64,000 nt of DNA. It comes from Actinobacteria bacterium UBA7524. Lineage in GTDB: Bacteria > Actinomycetota > Coriobacteriia > Anaerosomatales > UBA912. The translations under genes and the position numbers were made by a program. This document shows positions 59,041 to 64,000 of this stretch, in pieces. Location: the NCBI GenBank assembly GCA_002478275.1, contig DLMY01000030.1:1-64000 (forward strand), given 5' to 3'. Below the pieces are notes generated by a model. The model saw only the letters and a list, made by a program, of their open reading frames with translations, did not search any database and was not told the origin of the DNA. Every line of letters starts with the position of its first letter. Within the stretch, counting starts at the first letter, position 1.

Positions 59041-60426
59041 ATGAGAGCGCATTTCATCGGCATCGGTGGAGCGGGGATGAGCGGGATCGCCCTTGTCATG
59101 CACGATCGCGGTGAGATCGTGACCGGTTCGGACATGAAGGAATCCCGTTACACGCGCGCCCTGACGCAGGCGGGTGTCGCGGTGGCCATCGGGCACGAAG
59201 CTTCTGCGTTGGGTGATCCGGACGTCGTCGTGGTTTCCTCGGCGATCAGGGAGGACAATCCGGAACTGGTCGAGGCACGAAAGCGAGGTATCGAGATCTG
59301 GCCACGCGCCAGGATGCTGGCTCATCTGGCGGGAGGTCGTGTCACGTTCGCGGTCGCGGGGACACACGGCAAGACCTCCACGAGCGCGATGGTCGCGACC
59401 GTCTTGGCGGGGATCGGAGCGGACCCCACGTTCGTCGTCGGCGGCGAGGTCTCGGCTTTCGGCGCGAACGCCAGAGCGGGCACGGGAGACCATTACGTGG
59501 TCGAAGCGGACGAATCGGACGGATCGTTCGTCTTTCTTGAGCCAACTATAGCCCTCGTGACCAATGTGGAGGCCGATCATCTCGACCATCACGGTTCTCT
59601 TGAGGCGATCGAAGACGTGTTCCATCAGTTCATGATGCGCTCGAGCCCTGACGGGACGCTGGTCCTGTGCGCGGATGATGAACGCCTGATCCGGATATCG
59701 GCAGACGTCCCACGTAAGACGTTGACGTACGGCTTCTCCGAGGCGGCCGATGTGCGTTGCCATTCGCTGGTCAGGGAGGGAGATGGGCACAGGTTCTTGA
59801 TAGACGTGCCTGATGGCCGAAGAGTTCAGGCGGTGATGCACGTGCCCGGTGAGCACATGGTTTTGAATGCGACAGGAGCGCTGGCCGCGCTGTTCGCTGC
59901 AGACCTGGACCTGGATGCGGCAGCGGCCGCCCTGGATTCCTTCCGTGGAGTCAAGCGCAGATTCGACAGGGTCGGTGAGAGTGGAGGAGTCACGGTCGTC
60001 GATGACTATGCGCATCACCCGACCGAGATACGCGCGACGTTGGCCGCGGCGAGGCAGTGCGGATACGAGCGAGTGTGGGCGGTGTTCCAGCCGCACAGGT
60101 ACTCCAGGACCAGAGCGTTCGCTCGTGAGTTCGGAGAAGCGTTCGAAGGTGCCGATCGTTTGGTGGTGATGGACGTCTATAGCGCGGGGGAGCCACCTGT
60201 CCCCGGCGTGACGGGAAAGACCGTCGTCGAGGCAGTGCTGGGCAACACCCCGCGCGCCCGGGTGGCCTATCTGCCCCATCGCGTCGATGTTCCGGGATAT
60301 GTCTCGCTCAATGTGCGCCCCGGTGACCTGGTGTTGACGATGGGGGCAGGGGATGTGACCAGTATGGGTTCGGAGATACTGCGCGCACTGACGCCTGCGA
60401 AGGAGGCCGCTTCCCTGTGTCCGTGA
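59041..60426 (+). CDS. murC: UDP-MurNAc:L-Ala ligase
   Basis: HFIGIGGAGMSG, GTHGKT, EADESD, DDYAHHPTE, FQPHRYSRT. Confidence 0.96.
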   Translation: MRAHFIGIGGAGMSGIALVMHDRGEIVTGSDMKESRYTRALTQAGVAVAIGHEASALGDPDVVVVSSAIREDNPELVEARKRGIEIWPRARMLAHLAGGRVTFAVAGTHGKTSTSAMVATVLAGIGADPTFVVGGEVSAFGANARAGTGDHYVVEADESDGSFVFLEPTIALVTNVEADHLDHHGSLEAIEDVFHQFMMRSSPDGTLVLCADDERLIRISADVPRKTLTYGFSEAADVRCHSLVREGDGHRFLIDVPDGRRVQAVMHVPGEHMVLNATGALAALFAADLDLDAAAAALDSFRGVKRRFDRVGESGGVTVVDDYAHHPTEIRATLAAARQCGYERVWAVFQPHRYSRTRAFAREFGEAFEGADRLVVMDVYSAGEPPVPGVTGKTVVEAVLGNTPRARVAYLPHRVDVPGYVSLNVRPGDLVLTMGAGDVTSMGSEILRALTPAKEAASLCP

Positions 60427-61334
60427 CGCATGCGTATGACGCGCTGCGTAAGGGTCTTACCGGTTCGGTCCGGCGTGATGAACCGATGTCGAGGCACACC
60501 ACCTACCGGATAGGCGGACCGGCGCAACTCCTGATAATCGCCGACACCGTCGCGGACCTGACGCTTACAACCCGGATCCTTGCCGAAGAGGGGATCGAGT
60601 GGACCGTGCTTGGCAAGGGAAGCAACGTCCTGGTCTCCGATAGGGGATACGACGGGGCGGTTCTCATCCTGGGCAGGGATTTCAAGTCGCATGAAGCCAA
60701 GGCGGGGCACTTGCGAAGCGGTGCTGGCGTGATTCTGGCACATCTGGTTCAGGACGCGTTCTCGAAGGGACTGACAGGACTTGAGTTCGCTGTGGGCATA
60801 CCCGGGACCCTGGGTGGAGCACTCGCCATGAATGCGGGGACACGAGATGCATGGATAGGGTCCATCGTCGAGAGCATCATCGTGCTCGACCCAGTGGAAG
60901 GGCTCGTGGGTCTGCGGGGTCCGGAGATCGGGTGGCAATACAGATCCAGCGGACTTACGGACCGAGGAATCGTCCTGGAGTGTGTCATGCGCGCCGAACC
61001 GGGTGACAAGGACGCTATCCGGCGCGCAATGGAGACAAGCTTCGCCAGACGTAAGAAGACGCAACCGGTAGGGCTGCCTTGTGCGGGCAGTGTGTTCGTC
61101 AACCCCGCCGACGACTCTGCCGGTCGATTGATAGAGCTATGTGGACTCAAGGGAGCCCGTGTGGGCGGAGCGATGGTGTCGGACGTTCACGCGAACTTCA
61201 TCGTGAACGCAGGAGGGGCCACTGCTCGCGACGTCCTTGAGCTCATGCACAAGGTACGTGACGTGGTCTTCGAACTGCAGGGGATTCGTTTGCGGCCCGA
61301 GATACGCTTCATGGGTGCGTTCGATGGCGCGTAG
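60417..61334 (+). CDS. murB: UDP-N-acetylenolpyruvoylglucosamine reductase
   Basis: HTTYRIGG, GKGSN, GIPGT.GG..MNAG, AGSVF.NP, HANF. Confidence 0.96.
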   Translation: MSVTHAYDALRKGLTGSVRRDEPMSRHTTYRIGGPAQLLIIADTVADLTLTTRILAEEGIEWTVLGKGSNVLVSDRGYDGAVLILGRDFKSHEAKAGHLRSGAGVILAHLVQDAFSKGLTGLEFAVGIPGTLGGALAMNAGTRDAWIGSIVESIIVLDPVEGLVGLRGPEIGWQYRSSGLTDRGIVLECVMRAEPGDKDAIRRAMETSFARRKKTQPVGLPCAGSVFVNPADDSAGRLIELCGLKGARVGGAMVSDVHANFIVNAGGATARDVLELMHKVRDVVFELQGIRLRPEIRFMGAFDGA

Positions 61335-62274
61335 AAAGGTGGTCATAGGGGCACCGCCACACGGAGGTCCGGGGGCCTCGAAGAAGGCTAGGCCTAAACC
61401 AAAGGCAAAGACTGCCGCTGTCTCGAAGCGGGAGAGCACGAGCCATCATTCTGGCAGCTCATCGGGCAAACGCACCTCCGGGGAACGGCGGAGTCCTGCC
61501 GCAAGGATGGCCTCCAACAAGCGAGAGGACCGAGAGCGGCGACTCCGTGTACAAAGGCGGAACCTCAAGTTGAAGTATATACTTGCCCTGATTGGCTGTG
61601 GCCTTGTCATCGGAGGACTGATCTCGGTATATCGATCGGACGTCTTCATGATCACCGATGTCGTCGTCGAGGGATCGGAGAGGGTATCAGCAGATGAGGT
61701 CCGGGCGCTCGCTGGTCTTGAGGTGGGTGAGACGCTGTTGCGGGTTTCGCCCGACGACGTCGAGACCGAGATCCTCAGGAATCCGTGGATCGAGACCGCC
61801 GAGGTCAGCAGGAGGTTCCCGGATACCCTGCGCATCGTCATCGGAGAGCGTCGACCTTTCGCTCTGGTCGACCACGGTGGCGCCGCTTTCCTGCTGTTGG
61901 ACTCGGCTGGCCATGTGCTCGAGGAGCGCACGCCGGACTCGACCACCACCGTCATCGTGATCCGAGATGTACCTGACCTGACCGCTGGACCTGGCGAACG
62001 TATCGATTCTCCGGTGCTTCAGAATGCACTGGCAGTGTGGTCCGGATTGAGTACCGAGATGCGGGGGATGGTCAGGGCGATCTCGGCGCCGAGTATCGAC
62101 CGGACGGCACTGATCACGCGCGACGATGTCGAGGTCTTCGTCGGTTCTGCCGAAGATATCGAGAGGAAGGATGTCGTGGCACGCAGTATCCTGGCGGAGC
62201 AGGCGGGTACTGTCGTATATATCAACGTGCGTAGTGTAGACCGTCCTACGTATCGCGGACTGGATTCACCGTAA
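61324..62274 (+). CDS. ftsQ: Cell division protein FtsQ/DivIB
   Basis: Basic N-terminal tail, TM segment, POTRA domain (PWI..A.V.R.FPDTL.I.I.ER). Confidence 0.88.
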   Translation: MARRKVVIGAPPHGGPGASKKARPKPKAKTAAVSKRESTSHHSGSSSGKRTSGERRSPAARMASNKREDRERRLRVQRRNLKLKYILALIGCGLVIGGLISVYRSDVFMITDVVVEGSERVSADEVRALAGLEVGETLLRVSPDDVETEILRNPWIETAEVSRRFPDTLRIVIGERRPFALVDHGGAAFLLLDSAGHVLEERTPDSTTTVIVIRDVPDLTAGPGERIDSPVLQNALAVWSGLSTEMRGMVRAISAPSIDRTALITRDDVEVFVGSAEDIERKDVVARSILAEQAGTVVYINVRSVDRPTYRGLDSP

Positions 62275-62297
62275 GCGCCCACGAGAGGTGATAGTGC

Positions 62298-63391
62298 ATG
62301 CGATCGATCCGATATCTTGCAGCGACATTGGCTACCACCCTGCTTGTGCTGCTTCTCGTTCCCGCATCCAAAGCATGCGCACTGGAGGTGTCCTCCTCCT
62401 CGATAGACCATCTCGAGTCCCCGGACTTCGCAGTGCGGCTCTCGAGTAGCGATCCTACCGGCACCGTCGTCCTTTCGATCGGCGACAGACCGTTGGGTAC
62501 GGTCAACGCCGTACCAGGGCAGCGTGTGGATTTCGGCAGAACCAAGCTGCGCCCGGGCAGGCATACCGCGGTCGCGCTTCTGCGGACCGCCGACGGAGTG
62601 AAGCGATCGAAGCCGTTCACGGTCCGGGTGTGGGGCAGACCGATGCCGGCGACCCTCGCGTCACCCACTCCGGGCTCGTACGCCAGTCGGTACGTCGCCG
62701 GTTTGATTCAGACGGGAGCGGCCACCACCAGGGTGGAGGTCTACCTGAATGGACGCCTCATCAGGAATGAGGCAGTGATCGAGCAGTCCACGCAGCGATT
62801 GGGAACGCTCGAACTCGGGCCGGGATCGAACACATTCAAGCTCGTGGNNNNNNNNNNNNNNNNNNNNNNNNNNNNNNNNNNNNNNNNNNNNNNNNNNNNN
62901 NNNNNNNNNNNNNNNNNNNNNNNNNNNNNNNNNNNNNNNNNNNNNNNNCGAACACATTCAAGCTCGTGGCTCACAATCCCGTGGCCCGAACCGAGTCGAC
63001 GTTCACCGTCACCCGGCTCGACTTCCCGTGGCCGACGTGCATCGTCATCGACAAGTCCGAGTTCCGGCTCTACTGGGTCAAAGACGGACAACTGGTCAAG
63101 GTCTACCCTGTCGCGCATGGCAGGGTGAACGCTCGAACGCCATCGGCGATCTGGCGTATCGACGCCAAATACTACTCTGACCCGAGGGGGGTCTACGGAC
63201 CCAGGAAGATGCGGCTGTTCAGGCAGACTTCCTCAGGATATGTCTACACCCGGTATCTGATCCACGGAACCAACCAGCCCTGGGTGATCGGCACCCAGGC
63301 ATCGGCGGGCTGCATCCGCATGTACAACGCCGATGTCCTTGAGCTTTGGCCGCAGGTGCCGCTCGGTACGATGGTCCAGACGCGGGACTGA
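62298..63391 (+). CDS. Secreted L,D-transpeptidase (YkuD domain) with N-terminal Ig-like domains; about 323 aa once the false gap is closed
   Basis: Signal peptide; IVIDKS..RLY, YPVAHG..TP, catalytic IHGT...SAGCIRM; gap flanks share 21 nt and join in frame. Confidence 0.88.
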
Positions 63392-63602
63392 CGAGGAATC
63401 CGGCCTGTTCCGGCAGCTGAACGGGCATCGCGAAGTGCACTCACCGCTTGAGAGCCTCCATCATCCTTGCCGCGTAACCTCACGCTTCACTGGGGGTTGC
63501 GTGTCTCATAAGGTTTATGCAAAGATATAGTGTTCTGACGCTAGTCTAGATGTTGACTTGAGGGTTATTCGAAGACCTCCAGTAGTCGAACGGGGAGGGA
63601 CC

Positions 63603-64000
63603 ATGCTCGAGACGGGCGCGAACTACCTGGCCGTTATAAAGGTCGTGGGTGTCGGCGGCGGTGGCACGAACGCGATCAACCGAATGGTCGAGGCCGGCAT
63701 CAAAGGTGTCGAATTCATCGCGGTCAACACCGACGCACAGGCGCTTCTGATGTCGGACGCGGACTACAAGGTGCACATCGGCGTGAACCTCACCAAGGGG
63801 CTTGGCGCCGGCGCGGACCCCGACGTAGGCCTGCAGGCTGCCGAGGAGAGCCGTGGCGAGATCAAGGAAGCGCTGCAGGGCGCGGACATGGTCTTCATCA
63901 CTGCCGGCGAGGGTGGCGGAACCGGTACGGGTGCTGCTCCGGTGATCGCAGAGATCGCCAAAGAAGAGATCGGCGCGCTGACCGTCGGTGTGGTGACCCG
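63603..64000 (+). CDS. ftsZ: Cell division protein FtsZ (3' truncated by window edge; not in the ORF track)
   Basis: [54 protein letters not shown]. Confidence 0.98.
   Translation, partial: MLETGANYLAVIKVVGVGGGGTNAINRMVEAGIKGVEFIAVNTDAQALLMSDADYKVHIGVNLTKGLGAGADPDVGLQAAEESRGEIKEALQGADMVFITAGEGGGTGTGAAPVIAEIAKEEIGALTVGVVT

Noticed and set aside
62827..62969. 21-bp direct repeat splitting the L,D-transpeptidase
   Set aside because: Overlapping contig ends around an N-gap; merging restores the frame.

Overview
GC-rich bacterial chromosome segment, a draft scaffold with 7 N-gaps. It is most consistent with a monoderm, deep-branching actinobacterium such as Coriobacteriia (inferred from the FtsZ N-terminus YLAVIKVVG, no ftsA between ftsQ and ftsZ, no pilQ, and steAB). 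Gene order: type IV pilus cluster (pilB, pilC, major pilin, pilD, three minor pilins, pilMNO, pilP-like); aroC-aroK-aroB-aroQ; Xaa-Pro peptidase; efp; carboxyltransferase/BCCP fusion; accC; asp23; nusB; xseB; dxs; tlyA; nadK; recN; an envelope locus (steA, steB, GT2, MurJ-family flippase, 803-aa membrane protein, divergent MraY-like transferase); pyrG; M20 peptidase; DUF3866-like gene; xerD; BMP-type nucleoside ABC transporter; small membrane proteins; and the dcw cluster from mraZ to ftsZ, with an L,D-transpeptidase between ftsQ and ftsZ. No rRNA, tRNA, CRISPR array or mobile element was recognised. Best leads: (1) a candidate SteAB-linked lipid-carrier glycan pathway; (2) four sigma-28/WhiG-type promoters in the pilus cluster plus an MshEN-like PilB; (3) a probable internal start yielding a free AccB from the carboxyltransferase gene; (4) the dcw-embedded L,D-transpeptidase; (5) an apparent ATC start for murJ; (6) an uncalled 43-aa membrane protein. 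All assignments come from reading motifs by eye; no database searches were run.
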